The notes under the pieces: generated by a model
Told to the model about the DNA's origin: nothing
Databases searched by the model: none
What the model saw: the letters and a program-made list of their open reading frames with translations, nothing else
Part shown: positions 24,167 to 37,339 of the stretch, in pieces
Layout of the letters: every line of letters begins with the position of its first letter
Numbering within the stretch: the first letter of the stretch is position 1
NCBI RefSeq assembly: GCF_001194135.2
Contig: NC_068981.1
Location: forward strand, 199,723,845-199,787,844
Direction of reading: 5' to 3'
Length of the DNA: 64,000 nt
Source of the DNA: Octopus bimaculoides
Taxonomy: Eukaryota
Position numbers and translations under genes: made by a program

Positions 24167-24205
<39 letters not shown>

Positions 24206-24254
24206 GGTGGTTGTCTACTCCTTACACAGAGTTTGACCACCTCCTTCACCTACA

Positions 24255-24480
24255 CCTTAGCCCTTTCATGGCGTCTGATGTGGCTTTTTAAACCAATGTT
24301 TTGAAAAAACACAGATTGCACCTCTGATTTGTACTACCAATACCTGCAGATAAGTTCTGTTCATTGTGGATCCTAACATGTCTTTTAAGACCCCCATTCG
24401 ATTTGCAAGCCCTCTGGCACACACCACATTCAAACGTGTGCACAGACATATAGTCAGAATAGTTGGTCGAAGGTGAGATT
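24255..24480 (-). mobile_element. Fragment with two C2H2 fingers, probably a LINE C-terminus
   Basis: FECGVCQRACKSNGGLKRHVRIH, then a frameshifted CNLCFFKT/LKSHIRRH; no TGEKP linkers, resembles RTE C-terminal fingers. Confidence 0.5.
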
Positions 24481-24494
24481 TGAGGCCAGCCTAG

Positions 24495-25975
24495 AGTAAC
24501 GTGGTGGTGGAATAATACGGTAGACGAAGCCATCAGAGCAAAGAAACAGGCCTGGAAGGGTGGGGGTAGCAGGGAACCGTACCAGATAGCCAAAAGAGAG
24601 GCTGGACAACAGGTACACATAGCCAAGGGTGAAGCAGAAAAGAAGTTTGCCAATGTCCAGCGACTTGAGGACCAAAGAACTGAAGTATTCCGGATTGCAA
24701 GAAAATTGTGATGTCACAGGAGAGAAATGTGTCCACATGGATGATGGTGCACTTGCTTTTAATGATTCAGAAAGAAAGATGCTTGGAAAAGCCTTTATGA
24801 AAGACTGGTGAACGTGGAGAATGAATGGGAGGAGGAGAGCCTGCAAAATGTTGACCCAGTATCGGGACCAGCTATCCAAATAGCACCCTGGTAGATAAAG
24901 CAATTAAGGATATGAAGCCAGGAAAAGCTCTGGTCCATCAGGAATCACCACTGAGATGCTTAAAACATCCGGTGGTGTGGGTTATGGCCTAGTCACCCGT
25001 ATTGTAAACCAGGCAGTTCATGATGGAGTCCTACACAAATGACTGGAGTAACAGCACCATAGTCAACTGCTACAAAGGTAAAGGTGATGCTTTAGATAGA
25101 AATAACTACAGGGGTATCAAACTTCTGGATCAGGTGATGAAGGTCACAGAGAGGGTCATAGCCCAACTAGTTAGGGAGACAGTCTGCTTAGATGCAGTTC
25201 AGTTTTGTGCCAGGTAGAAGCACCACTGATGCTATATTCCTGGCACAGCAACTGCAGGAGACATACCTAGCCAAAGATAAACCCCTATATTTGGCTTTTG
25301 TGAAGTTGAAGAAAGCCTTTGACAGAGTCCCCGATCCCTTATCTAGTAGGTGATGTGGAAACGGGATTGACGAATGGTTAATAAGGCCCTATACAGAGAT
25401 GCCGTCAATAGGGTTAGGATTAGAAATGAGTATAGTGAAAAATTCCAGGTAGAAGTAGGAGTCCACCAAGGATCAGCCCTCAGCCCCCTCCCTCCAGGCA
25501 ATAACAGAGGAATTCAAAACAGGTTGCCCCTGGGAATTCCTCTATGCTGATGACCTGGCCCTCTGAGCAGAATCACTACCAGAACTAGAGAAGAAACTTC
25601 AAATGTGGAAGCAAGGTTTAGAATCGAAAGACCTTAGAGTCAATGTTGTAAAGACCAAAGTTCTAGTAAGTAGGAAGGCGAACACATCACACACCTCTTC
25701 AGGTAGATGACCCTACTCAATCTGTAGAAAAGGTGTAGGTAGAAACTCCATAAGATGTACCCAATGTAAGCTATGGACACATAAGAGGTGCAGCAACATC
25801 AAAGGAAGATTAACCGGGAAGATAGCTTTCGTGTGCGGCAGATGCACAGGAGCAATAAACACCACAGAAGCTCAGAAAACAGATTTCATCACATGCCTGG
25901 GGAGAAACTAGAAGTAGTTGATAGCTTCAGCTACCTAGGTGACCAAGTCTGTAGTGGGGGTGGATGCTTAGATTT
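24495..25975 (+). mobile_element. RTE LINE RT region, decayed, with PHD insertion
   Basis: WWWNNTVDEAI, YKGKGDALDRNNYRGIKLL, KAFDRVP, GVHQGS, YADD at 25543-25554, KTK, PHD 25714-25845, FSYLG. Confidence 0.9.
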
Positions 25976-26189
25976 TGTGGGGGAAGACAGATTTGAACAG
26001 TCTCAAGTGTAACTGCCTGAAACTCTAAGGATAATCTGGAACTTGACTGATGAGAGAAGGCTGCAAATGACTCATCCTTGTTTTCTCCTGTCTGTCTTTT
26101 TATTATTTTTCCTGTCCGTCTTCGCATCGTCTATCTGTCCAGATGTTTTATTGTCGTCTCTTGCGTTCTTGTTCCATTTTTTTGGATAT

Positions 26190-26660
26190 GCGCCAACCAA
26201 AAAAACCTTTAAAAACACCTGACAAGGGCAGAATACAAATCAGAGAATGAATCAGAATTCTTAGTAAAAGAATGTGGAACGTGTAACAACATCAACAACT
26301 TCAAATACTTGGAAAGTGGTTCCCAAATAAAATTGAAGAGCAGATCCCTTTCCAAAATAAATGCAGATATGAATTGCAAAATGCAAAACCTCATATATTG
26401 CATTACCTGTCCAAACTGCAAAGAAAATTACATTGGTGAAACAAATAATTCCCTCAGCCAACATGCAAGAATCCACAGGCAACATGTCTGACAAGAGGAA
26501 TTACGCAGGATTCCATTAAGTAAGCATCTGGAAATATGCAGCGACAGAAAATTCAAAACTTTTCTCTTTTACAAAAGTGCACGGGACGATCCAAAATACA
26601 AAAAGCAATGGAACTACATTTCATCAAAACAATCTCTCCAAAATTGAATGTTTGAAAGAA
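26190..26660 (+). mobile_element. Penelope-like element, GIY-YIG endonuclease remnant
   Basis: CGTC...NLIYCITCPNCKENYIGETNNSLSQHARIHRQH...KHLEIC; one stop plus frameshifts. Confidence 0.85.
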
Positions 26661-27104
26661 AAGCAGAGACAGTAAATTTTGTAAGTGTTATGCTAATGTT
26701 CTCTAATGCAAAATCATGAAATTGAAAGAGGCGTGATTGAAGTTACGCAATATAAACATGGACATGTTCCCAACCACACACACTTCATCAAGGGATTCTC
26801 CCTAAAATTGAATGTTTGAAGGTAAAGTGGAGAACTTGAATTCTTTATTCCAAATGTGGCTCATCTCTACAAATATTCAGATATATATGTGTGTAGCATC
26901 GGAACTTTAGATTTCTGGATTTAATTGCGATCCATTTTCCCTTCCTCTAATTTAAACTTTTAGTATAGCGTTCATAGCCTCTCTCCCTTAATAGCTCCCT
27001 GTAAACCAGTGTTCTTGTTTCTAACAGTCATTTACTTAGCTATATAATGTTATAACACGTACGCAACCTTAGCATTTAGTGCTCGTCTTGCTTTTTGTAT
27101 GTTT

Positions 27105-27193
27105 GTTCCCTGAAGATGAATTTATGTGCAATTCCAGCACCTCTTACTTCTTTGGAGTAGAGTGCACATATATTTTGAAACATATGTAGGAAT
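27105..27193 (+). ncRNA. Minimal type I hammerhead ribozyme (Penelope-associated)
   Basis: Stem I GTTCC/GGAAT, core CTGAAGA 27110-27116, stem II GAATTTATGTGCA/TGCACATATATTT, GAAA 27177-27180, palindromic stem III ACATATGT, GTA cleavage triplet 27186-27188. Confidence 0.75.
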
Positions 27194-27552
27194 TAAAGGA
27201 ACTTATTGATTACACGTGTTTTGCTCCATTTATTTTCATTCTTCATATATANNNNNNNNNNNNNNNNNNNNNNNNNNNNNNNNNNNNNNNNNNNNNNNNN
27301 NNNNNNNNNNNNNNNNNNNNNNNNNNNNNNNNNNNNNNNNNNNNNNNNNNNNNNNNNNNNNNNNNNNNNNNNNNNNNNNNNNNNNNNNNNNNNNNNNNNN
27401 NNNNNNNNNNNNNNNNNNNNNNNNNNNNNNNNNNNNNNNNNNNNNNNNNNNNNNNNNNNNNNNNNNNNNNNNNNNNNNNNNNNNNNNNNNNNNNNNNNNN
27501 NNNNNNNNNNNNNNNNNNNNNNNNNNNNNNNNNNNNNNNNNNNNNNNNNNNN

Positions 27553-27590
<38 letters not shown>

Positions 27591-27949
27591 GTATACATAT
27601 ATCATCAGTAGTTCATATATCCCAAAAAGAAGTATACTCTAAAGCAGTAATATATTTTTTTAAGAAGTTAGATGTTGTGGCCGGCCATAGAGTGACCATT
27701 GATTTTGCACCTATAAAGTCCTTAACAGTACAGGTAATCCATCAGGCTCAATTGATCAAAGGCGCATAACCTCTCTACAACTGGAGGAAGAAATATGTCA
27801 GTTTTGTAAACAAAAAATATTTGACTGTGCATGGATGCTGCGGGTGGGATGGGGTTATTTCTCTTGCACCAGATCTGGTTATATTCGAAGAAGCTGCAGC
27901 AGGGCCTATTCAATGAATGGGGAATTCCAAGCCTGTAGAAGAAAATGTT

Positions 27950-28260
27950 TCAGATTTTTTCGAGCGGGATCGTTGCTGGTGCCCCTGGGCTGGCTCTTGT
28001 GCGGGTGACACATGAGGTTTCTCGAGCGAGATGAGCGTGGCCTTTGCCAGTACCGCCTGACTGGCCTTCGTGCGGGTGACACGTAAAAGCACCCACTACA
28101 CTCTCTGAGTGGTTGGCGTTAGGAAGGGCATCCAGCTGTAGAAACTCTGCCAAATCAGACTGGAGCCTGGTGTTGCCATCCGGTTTCACCAGTCCTCAGT
28201 CAAATCGTCCAACCCATGCTAGCATGGAAAGCGGACGTTAAACGATGATGATGATGATGA
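27950..28260 (+). mobile_element. RTE tail-family copy (repeated across the gap at 28454-28642)
   Basis: Tail sequence plus (GAT)5 and identical flank CATTGA on both sides of the gap. Confidence 0.85.
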
Positions 28261-28879
28261 CATTGANNNNNNNNNNNNNNNNNNNNNNNNNNNNNNNNNN
28301 NNNNNNNNNNNNNNNNNNNNNNNNNNNNNNNNNNNNNNNNNNNNNNNNNNNNNNNNNNNNNNNNNNNNNNNNNNNNNNNNNNNNNNNNNNNNNNNNNNNN
28401 NNNNNNNNNNNNNNNNNNNNNNNNNNNNNNNNNNNNNNNNNNNNNNNNNNNNNGTGGGTGACACGTAAAAGCACTCACTACACTCTCTGAGTGGTTGGCG
28501 TTAGGAAGGGCATCCAGCTGTAGAAACTCTGCCAAATCAGACTGGAGCCTGGTGTTGCCATCCGGTTTCACCAGTCCTCAGTCAAATCGTCCAACCCATG
28601 CTAGCATGGAAAGCGGACGTTAAACGATGATGATGATGATGACATTGACTAAAAACTTCTTTCATGAAGACTTTTAGAAAGGTCCCCAGGTTGAGCAAGT
28701 TTTTTAGGATTTTTGCTCTCTCGCTGCCAAGCCAAGCTTATATTGTTTGCTCCCATCTATATAAGTCCCTGGTTGTTGGAAGAGCTTCCATTTCATAATG
28801 TATGAGCTTCTTACCTATTTTAAGCGCCACATGAGGCTGCCAGGGATGCAATGTTGCACAGCATCACATCCCTGAGTGC

Positions 28880-29490
28880 AAACAGGCAGTGAAACATAGG
28901 CTGTGACTGAAGAGAACATGCGAAGGCTTGAAAGAAATGAAGCTAGTATGCTTCACTGGATGTGCAATGCCAGTGTGCATTTATGACTGAGTGTAAATGT
29001 CTTGAGAGAAAAATTGGGTATAAGAGATATTAGATATGGTGTGCAAGAGAGAAGACTACGTTGCTATAATCATGCCATGCATATAGATGAGAACAGCAAC
29101 ATAAAGAAGTGCCCATCTTGAGCTGTGAAGGGAACCTGAAGAAGAGGTAGACATGGGATGAGGGTTGAAGCATGATCTTGAGATGCTGAGTCTCACAGAG
29201 GCAATAAGAGATTGACCCTTAATAATTTGCTGTGCCTGAGAAGACACATCAAGTCAAGTGAAATTATAGTCATGGCCAGTGCTTATAACCCATAAAAGGC
29301 ACTTGAGCCAGTGACAAGTAAAAGGCACCTACTACACTCTTGGAGTGGTTGGTGTTAGAAAGGGCATTCCACCATAGAAACCAAGCCAAACCAGACTGGA
29401 GTCTGGTACAGCTCTCCGGCTTAACAGTTCCAGTCAAACTATCTAACCCATGCCAACTAAGAAAAATGATGCTAAATGATGATGATGATG
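28880..29490 (+). mobile_element. RTE ORF2 C-terminus and tail, old copy
   Basis: GGCAGTGAAACAT...GAAAGAAATGAAGCTAGTATG...CAAGAGAGAAGACTAC; tail ending (GAT)n at about 29490. Confidence 0.7.
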
Positions 29491-29515
29491 ATACATACAT
29501 ACATATATATATATA

Positions 29516-30290
29516 CAGAGTGTGGTGAATAAACTGTCATCTAAATTACACAAAAATGAAAATAACATTGACATCTCATTTTAACAGATATATTTAGCAA
29601 AATTGTGTAAAAATACCTTGAAATACGAAAGAGTAAATTTATTCAATAAAATTGCCATTGGCTTCAACCATGGTTTCCAGACTTCTTTCGAATCTCGTGC
29701 AACTCTTCTGGACAGTCTCCTTGTTTAAGCTGGTGAATGCTGCCATAATCCTTGCCTTCAGTTCATCTTTGGTGTTACAAGGAGTTTTGTTGGTCTCTCG
29801 CTCAACTACACCCCACACAAAATAATCAAGAAGATTACAGTCAGGGAAGTTAGGTGGCCAGATGTTAGGGGTGATGGTGTCACAGAAATTGTCTGACAGC
29901 CAAGACTGGATTCTCCTGCTTGTGTGGCATGGTGCAGAGTCCTGTTGCCAGACACAGGGTCTTCCAGCAGCCACCCTCTTGACCCAGGACAGCACTACCT
30001 CATACAGGCCTGTGTTGAGTCTGAGGCCATGTGGGAAAATAAATGGACACATAACGTAACCATCACTAGTGATTGCCCTAAACACCATGATGTTGACTGA
30101 ATGTTTGATTTCTATCACTCTCGGTACATATGTCCTCAGATGGCATTGTCGTCAGATTGAGACCCAAACACTCTGAAATGTTTGTATTGGAGCTTATGGT
30201 GCAAATGCCAAATAGTCATTTCCAAATTTCTGGCATAGTGAATAGTGTCATGGTGGTGTTTTTCTCACAGATGGTGCCCAACTGACCCTA
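29516..30290 (-). mobile_element. Tc1/mariner superfamily DD37D (maT-type) transposase remnant
   Basis: ORF 29639-30118: WQQDSAPCH...WPPNFPDCNLLDY with 37 residues between the 2nd and 3rd catalytic Asp; TA|CAGAGTGTGG terminus at 29516; other terminus not found. Confidence 0.85.
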
Positions 30291-30632
30291 CTATAGTTAA
30301 CAAAATTAAAAACAAACAATGCACATGCACAAAATTAAAAATGGCAACAATTTACCCATCAGCCTTGTGAGTGGATTTGGTTGGCAGAAACTGAAAGAAG
30401 CCCATCATATGTGTGTGTGTGTGTGTGTGTTTTTCCCCCTCCCCATCGCTTGACAACTAATGTTGCTGTGTTTACGTCCCTGTAACTTTCTTGTTCGGCA
30501 AAAGAGACCAACAGAATAAGTACTAGGCTTACAAAGAATAAGTCCTGGGGTCAATTTCTTTGAATAAAGGCAGTGCTCCAGCATGGCCACAGTCAAATGA
30601 CCGAAACAAATAAAAGAATATANNNNNNNNNN

Positions 30633-30685
<53 letters not shown>

Positions 30686-30689
30686 CAGT

Positions 30690-31200
30690 GGCATGTAAGA
30701 GTATTCATTTCACTCCCGGAGTGGTTGGTGTTAGGAAGAGCATCCAGCTGTAGAAACCATGCCACATCAGCCTGGAACCTGGTGCAGCTCTCTGGCTCAT
30801 CAGCTCCAAAACCATCTAATCCATGCCAGCATGGAGAGCAGACATTCAATGATGATGATAATATATACATAGATATAGATATACACATATCAGTGTGCAT
30901 GTATGACAAAGTGCAAATGTGCTGAGAGAAAAGTTGGCAGAAGAGGAATCAGATACAGCACGCAAGAGAGAAGACTGCATTGGTTTGGACATGTGATGCG
31001 TAGAAATGAAGACAGCTGTATAAAGTGTCAATCACTGAAAGTGGAGTGTACCTGTGAAAGATAGAAACCCAGGGAAATATGGAGTGGCGTAAAGAGAGCT
31101 GATTTGAAGATGTTGGGCTTCACAGAGGAGATGACAATGGACCAAGATGTCGGGTGGTGTGAAGTTCTACACAGCTCAGCGAAACTGAGTTCTGGAACTG
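30690..31200 (+). mobile_element. RTE tail followed by an RTE C-terminal fragment
   Basis: Tail motif 30690-30860; QERRLHWFGHVMRRNED at about 30960-31010. Confidence 0.65.
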
Positions 31201-32289
31201 CTGTGTGTTCCATCCACATGCAACATTAAATTTTTCACACATCCTACTCCAATAAACCAAATTACTTCTCTTCATCCCCTCTCCACTTCTTCACACACTA
31301 TGTGTATCTCTCCCACCCCACTCCTGTTCTCCCTGCCCTGTCTACGTTCATGTGAACTCTGTACTCATGCAACTGAGCAGTGCTCTACAAAGCCATTAAT
31401 ATTCTCATCCTTGTACCTCAAGAGTATGCTCCAGCACATTGCCACCATATCTCCTTCACTCCCACTCATTCTTGTTCTCTCCCATTCTCACTTGCTTTGC
31501 CTCTCTCTCCCTCTCACTGCAATAACCAGGTATCCCTCCCCTCTACGGTCAGACATCTGTTTTTGTCTCTCTGTCATACTCTAACCTCTCATCACCTGGC
31601 AAAAAGCCACCTCCTTCAATATCTTTGCCTTGCAAGTTATTTGGTGGTCTTGCTGGTGCCACATAAAAAGTATCCAATCCACTCTGTAAATTGGTTGGCA
31701 TTAGGAAGGTCATCCAGCTGTAGAAACTATGCCAAACCAGCCCTCTTTACACTTTTATGGAACATCCCCCTCTATCACTTCTACTACTTATACCCCCCCC
31801 ACACACACACACACTTCCCTATGGGTAGACCTGCTGCTAATTCTCACTCTGACTCTTTCTGTCTTTCTCTCTCCCACCTGATCCTGCTCGGGTAGTCAAG
31901 TATCTCCTCTATAATAAGTCAACTATCTTTGTCTCTTTATCATATTCCAATCTCTCACCTGACACACAGTCACTTTGCTCAGTTCCACTCCCTCTCTCAG
32001 CTATTTGGTGACTCCACTGGTGCTGGTGCCATATAAAAAGCATCTGTTTTGGCTCACTATAAAAAATACTCATATAAATGCTTATTGAAAGGCTTTAGGA
32101 TATCGTTTTTGCTGCAATACGCAGATCCTCTCAAGCACAGCAAAATGCCAATCATCTCAGTCCTTTGTCCTCTGTAAGACCCCAACATCTTGGGATCAGC
32201 CTTCAATACTGCATCCCATATCTTCCTGTGTCTCCCTTTTCCATGAGTTTCATCCACTTGCACCTTATTATTAGCATAATTATAGATAA

Positions 32290-32500
32290 GGTAACAAGCT
32301 GGCAGAATCATTAGTGCACTGGACACAATGCTTCATGACATTTCATCTGTCACGAGTTCAAATTCTGCCGAGGTTGACTTTGCCTTTCATCAGTTTGGAG
32401 TTGATAAAATAAAAACCAGTTGAACATTGGGATTAATGTTGCTGATTAATCCCCGCTCACCCCAAAATTTCAGGTCTTGTACCTAGAAAAGATTATTATT
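32290..32500 (+). mobile_element. SINE family A copy
   Basis: AGCTGGCAGAATC...GAGTTCAAATTCTGCCGAGGTTGACTTTGCCTTTCATC. Confidence 0.7.
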
Positions 32501-33977
32501 ATAAATAGAAAAATAATAAGAAGTAAAACAGAAAGTAGGCTGAAATGTAAAGAGATTGTAAGCTTATAGAAATTAACAAAGTAGAACTGTGAAATATTAA
32601 TTATTGCTCAACTTCTGATGTTGATACAGTGCAGCCATGAGTGTGTGTTTAAAAAGTTTGCTTCCTAACCCATGGTTCCGGGTTCAATCTCCTTGCATGG
32701 CATCTTTGGCAAGTGTCTTCCACTATAGCCCTGGGTCAACCAAAGCTTTGTGATTACATTTCGTTAATGGAGATGACAAAGGACCAAGACGATTGCTGAT
32801 TCACTGTACTCAAGAAAACCTGTCCAACACAACAAAAATAACATTCTAAGAGCATTCTGGTTAGGCTTCTAACCCATTTTACCCCACCAAGCATTCTTCA
32901 CACGTTGTTCCCCTCACACCCAGCCCTTCATCATTCCGCTATATAAGGCACTACCTGAAGGCTGTAACCACCTCAGAGTAGTATGGACACTCATGACGCC
33001 TTCCCATTACCCCTCCCCCCAATACTATTTCACTAATCATCTTTCATCTCTCTGCTCCGTTCCATTAAACATCTCATACCTGCTTTCATTCTCCTCAGCA
33101 CCCTTGCATCTATGCCATCACACCCCACACACTATAGCTCCTCCTCTACATCTCCTTCCATTTCCACTTCATAATCTTCCCCTCAACCTTCTGTTCTCTC
33201 CCTCCTGAGCCACTTCCATCTCTTCTCTACACACGTCCCATTAACCAAACCTCTTTTACTTTCATCTCCTACCACCTCTTACTTTCCCCTCACCTATTGT
33301 TTCTATCCTTTCTTAGACTCACCTTCTTGCATCCTGAGAGTTTGCTCTTACACTGCATCACACACATCTTTATCCTCTTCCAACTACTTTGACACTCCTA
33401 TATAATGTGGTAGCCACATACCCCCCCCCCCTCATGCTTGTCCCTCTATCATACTTTAGTCTTGGCATAAACTCATCTCGTCACTGCCTTTAACACTCCC
33501 CTCATTAAGTAGGATGAGTTCCCCTCCGCCCACTTTTTCTTGCTCTCTGTTTGTCTTGTGAGTTACTCAACAAAATCGCTTGTGCCAGTGGTACGAAAAG
33601 GACCTTTTCTGTTGCTGTCACCGATCTTAATTTTTTAAAATTTTATATTAATTGTTTTCAAATTTGGTGTACTGATGTAGTTTTGTATGCTAACTATGGA
33701 AAAGAAATTTACTTTTGTCATAAATTTATAAATAAAAATTAAGAGATTTTTAAAGCTTGCCAATTTTGGGTAATTTTAGCCAATTGAAAGCCACAGACAC
33801 ATTGGTGCCTGTTTCCATTGTAACAAGCCAAGGTGCTGTCTGATTAAAACGTCTATTTTCTGTGACAAGTACCTATTTCCTGAATGTTTCCCTGTTATTC
33901 TAATACTAGAAATGACTATTCCAAAAAGTCTGGGAATAAACTGATATACTATGAAATGTGGGAAGAGAAAACAGAAA

Positions 33978-34700
33978 TATCATCATCATCATCATTTAAC
34001 ATCCACTTTCTATGCTGGCATGGGTTGGACGGTTTGACTGAGGTTTGGAAAGCCAGTGGCTGCACCAGGATCCAGTCTGGTCTGGCAATGTTTCTACAGC
34101 TGGATGCCCTTCCTAACGCCAACCACTCTGAGAGTGTAGTAGGTGCTTTTTATGTGCCACCAGCACAGGGGCCAGTAAGGCAGTCCTGGCAGTGATCATG
34201 TTCAGATGGTGCATTTTATGTGCCACTGGCACAAGAGCCAGTCAGGTGGACCTGATATTGACCACGTTCGGATAGTGATTTTTACGTGCCATCAGCATGA
34301 GAGCCAGCCAGGGGGCACCTGCCCAAGCTACGATATTGGTTTTACTTGACTCAAATGGTCTTCTCAAGCATATCATATCGCCCGATGCATCAGGAGTATT
34401 CTTAACAGGGCTGGACATGCGTGGCTGCAATCTCACTTTAGTTGCTTGGTCTTCTCAATCGTAACGTATCTCTAAAGGTCCCAGTCTCCTGTCATTGCCT
34501 CTGTGAGGCCCAATGTTCGAAGGTCATACTTCACCACCTCATCCCAAGTCTTCTTGGGTCTACCTCTTCTACAGGTTCCTTCAACAGTTAGAGAGTGGCA
34601 CTTCCTCACATAGCTGTCTTCATTCATACATAACACATCGCCATGCCAGCACAGTCGCCTCTCTTGCACACCACATCTGATGCTTCTTATGCCCAACTTT
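33978..34700 (-). mobile_element. RTE C-terminus, 3' UTR and tail
   Basis: VQERRLCWHGDV...RGRPKKTWDEVVKYDLRTLGL on the reverse strand; (ATC)n at 33980. Confidence 0.8.
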
Positions 34701-34755
34701 ACTCAGGACACAATTTGATTACAGTAAAAAAAATTAAGAGAGAAGGTAAAAGATG

Positions 34756-34981
34756 AAGAAAGCAAAGAAATAGACACATCTTCTTGCAATCTACAACAGA
34801 ACAATGAACAGACATTCATCATCATCATCATCATCGTTTAACGTCCGCTTTCCATGCTAGCATGGGTTGGACGATTTGACTGAGGACTGGTGAAACCGGA
34901 TGGCAACACCAGGCTCCAGTCTGATTTGGCAGAGTTTCTACAGCTGGATGCCCTTCCTAACGCCAACCACTCAGAGAGTGT
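34756..34981 (-). mobile_element. RTE tail-family copy, 5'-truncated
   Basis: (ATC)n GTTTAACGTCCGCTTTCCATGCTAGCATGG..., matches the 27950-28260 subfamily. Confidence 0.85.
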
Positions 34982-36924
34982 AAATAAACTTTACCTTGTT
35001 TCGAGAGGTTAACATAAATAGATCAGTATATACAGATGTCTTCATTATATAGAATAACAGTAAAAAAAAAAAAGGTATAGAATAAATGTAAAACTCAATA
35101 ATAAATCAATATTAAAATGAAATAATTTAGCAATTTCTGTATTTATTGGACAAATACATATTGGAAATTGCTATTAGCAATAACAAAAATATAAATTGAA
35201 TAACAAATTTCTGCTTGGAAACCATATTATTAAGATAAAGAAACAAGGATGCTGCAATTGGGTGAAATCTTTAATATATCTTTATTGAGGGAGAAAAATC
35301 AGTTAGTTGTAAAGAGACAACTTTAGCATCATATTATATAAAACGATGTTTAATCAGCAGCCACTGTAGTCACATTCAATGAGAGGACAGTACAAATGAT
35401 GACCTATTCATAATGATGGAAATAACACTGCTTTGCAATGTTTTAACTTCCGTGTAATTGTCTTAATTTGAATATAAAGTTAACAGCACTTGAGATATAA
35501 TTCTAGAAGATCCTTTAAAGATGGCTATTTCAATATCAAACAGAGTATCTAACATGTCCTACAAGAAGAATGAAGCTCAGAAATGGAAAGAAACTGCAAC
35601 TTCAAAAGGAATTCTAATATTTTTACAAATAAACTTTTCAAGTATTTTTTCAGAGATTGTATTAAAAAAAACAAAAAAACAACCAGGGTTGTGCTGAGAA
35701 ATATAACATGAACATTTCTATATTTTGATTGTTTTACATTTATTTTTCATTAGTTTAATGCCATTGTTAAGTGAGTTACAGGGATTCTAGTTTTTACTGT
35801 TTTATATATGTTGTGTACTTTATATATATTCATATCATCATCATTTAACATGTTTTCTGTGCTGACAAGGGTAGGACAGTTTGACAGGATCTGGCAAGCC
35901 ACCGCACTTCATGTGTTCCAGTGTCAGTTTTGCTATGATGCCCTTCCAAACACCAACCATTTCACAGTGTGTACAAAGTAATTTTTTCATGCTACGAACA
36001 CCAGTGAAGTGGCTAATTTGAAAGAGAAAAAGAACAAGTTTGTGCGTTTGTTTTGCTATGTATGATAACTGCTTCTATATCGTTTTCTGTAGTTCACATA
36101 TTCCTGTATCACATTCTTTCTCCCTCTCAGTTTCAGTTAGGGTTAGGGGCATTTGTTGTAAAACAGTTTTTTTAAACTATTACTGATAATGCAATACAAA
36201 AACAGAAGCCAGGGCTTCTATCAACTATTCTTTTGTGACTGTATGGCAGCCCCTTCCATTTCTGGCAAGATAGAGGTATGACGCACTTTCCCAGTTCCTT
36301 GATGCATTCCAAAGTAAGGCAGCATTGTACTTTGCAATACACCTTTCCAAGAGTTAACCTCAATCAAGTTCTTTTGGGTTCATAACATTACCAAAACAGT
36401 TGCTGTTGTTAATACCATTAAGCTCTTTATTTCAATAGAGCTGTACTGGATTCTTTGTGCTTAGTCATACAATAACACATGTGTAAGATGTCTGAAATAT
36501 TCTGCCTGTTTAATTTTCAAATTTTTAAATCTATCTCTTTACATAGTTTCTCCTACTACACTAGCAACTACTTTTTTACTGCTCTATTATATGAAGAAGC
36601 CATGATGAAAAAATATTAAAATGTTCAAAAAAAAAAAAAACATTCTTTTCAGCCCAAGTGGTAGACATACAAATGTTCCAAAGCCTTTTCTCAACAAAAT
36701 AATCCAATAATCATATTAAAAAATTTTTTTTTACATGAAATAAAATTGGTAGTAATCCAATTTTCATGAAGCTTCAAAACAGAATAGTTTCTATGATAGG
36801 CAAAAGGCCACACATTTGTGGATGGGGGCAAGTGGGATAAGCAATTATATCGATCCGAGTACTTGACTGGTATTTTACCAGATCATCGCAGGATCTGGAT
36901 ATAGAATCTAAAGGGACATAAACA

Positions 36925-37258
36925 CATGGTCAAGGGTTCAGTTACACTGTGTGGTACCATGAGCAAGTGTCTTCTACTATAGTCTAGAGCTGACCAAAGA
37001 CTTGTGAGTGGATTTGGAAGACAGAAACTGAAAGAACCCTGTCATGTTTGTGTGTGTGCCTGTCTACCACCGCTTGGCAGCCAGTATTGGTGTTTACATT
37101 CCTATAACTTAGCAGTTCAGGAAAAGAGACTGATAGAATAAATACCAGGGTAAAAAAAAAAAAAAAAACAAGTACTGGAGTGGATTCATTTAGCTAAAAA
37201 ATTCTTCAAGGTGGTACCCCAGCATGGCCACAGGCTAATGACTGTAACAAGTAAAAAA
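36925..37258 (+). mobile_element. SINE family B copy
   Basis: GGGTTCAGTTACACTG...GAGCAAGTGTCTTCTACTATAG...GGTGGTACCCCAGCATGGCCACAG. Confidence 0.7.
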
Positions 37259-37339
37259 TAAAAGATAAATCCCAAAGTCTATTCAAATGTCTACTCATCA
37301 ATGTTATTTCAGTTTACAGTCACAAAATGATAAATTTTG

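Noticed and set aside
26019-26100. Second hammerhead-like motif (GAAAC at 26019, CTGATGA at 26047)
   Set aside because: Stems I, II and III could not be paired convincingly in any permutation.
28071-28648. Apparent tandem duplication of an RTE tail across the gap
   Set aside because: Both copies have the same (GAT) length and the same CATTGA flank and are separated only by Ns; most likely overlapping contig ends or haplotypes.
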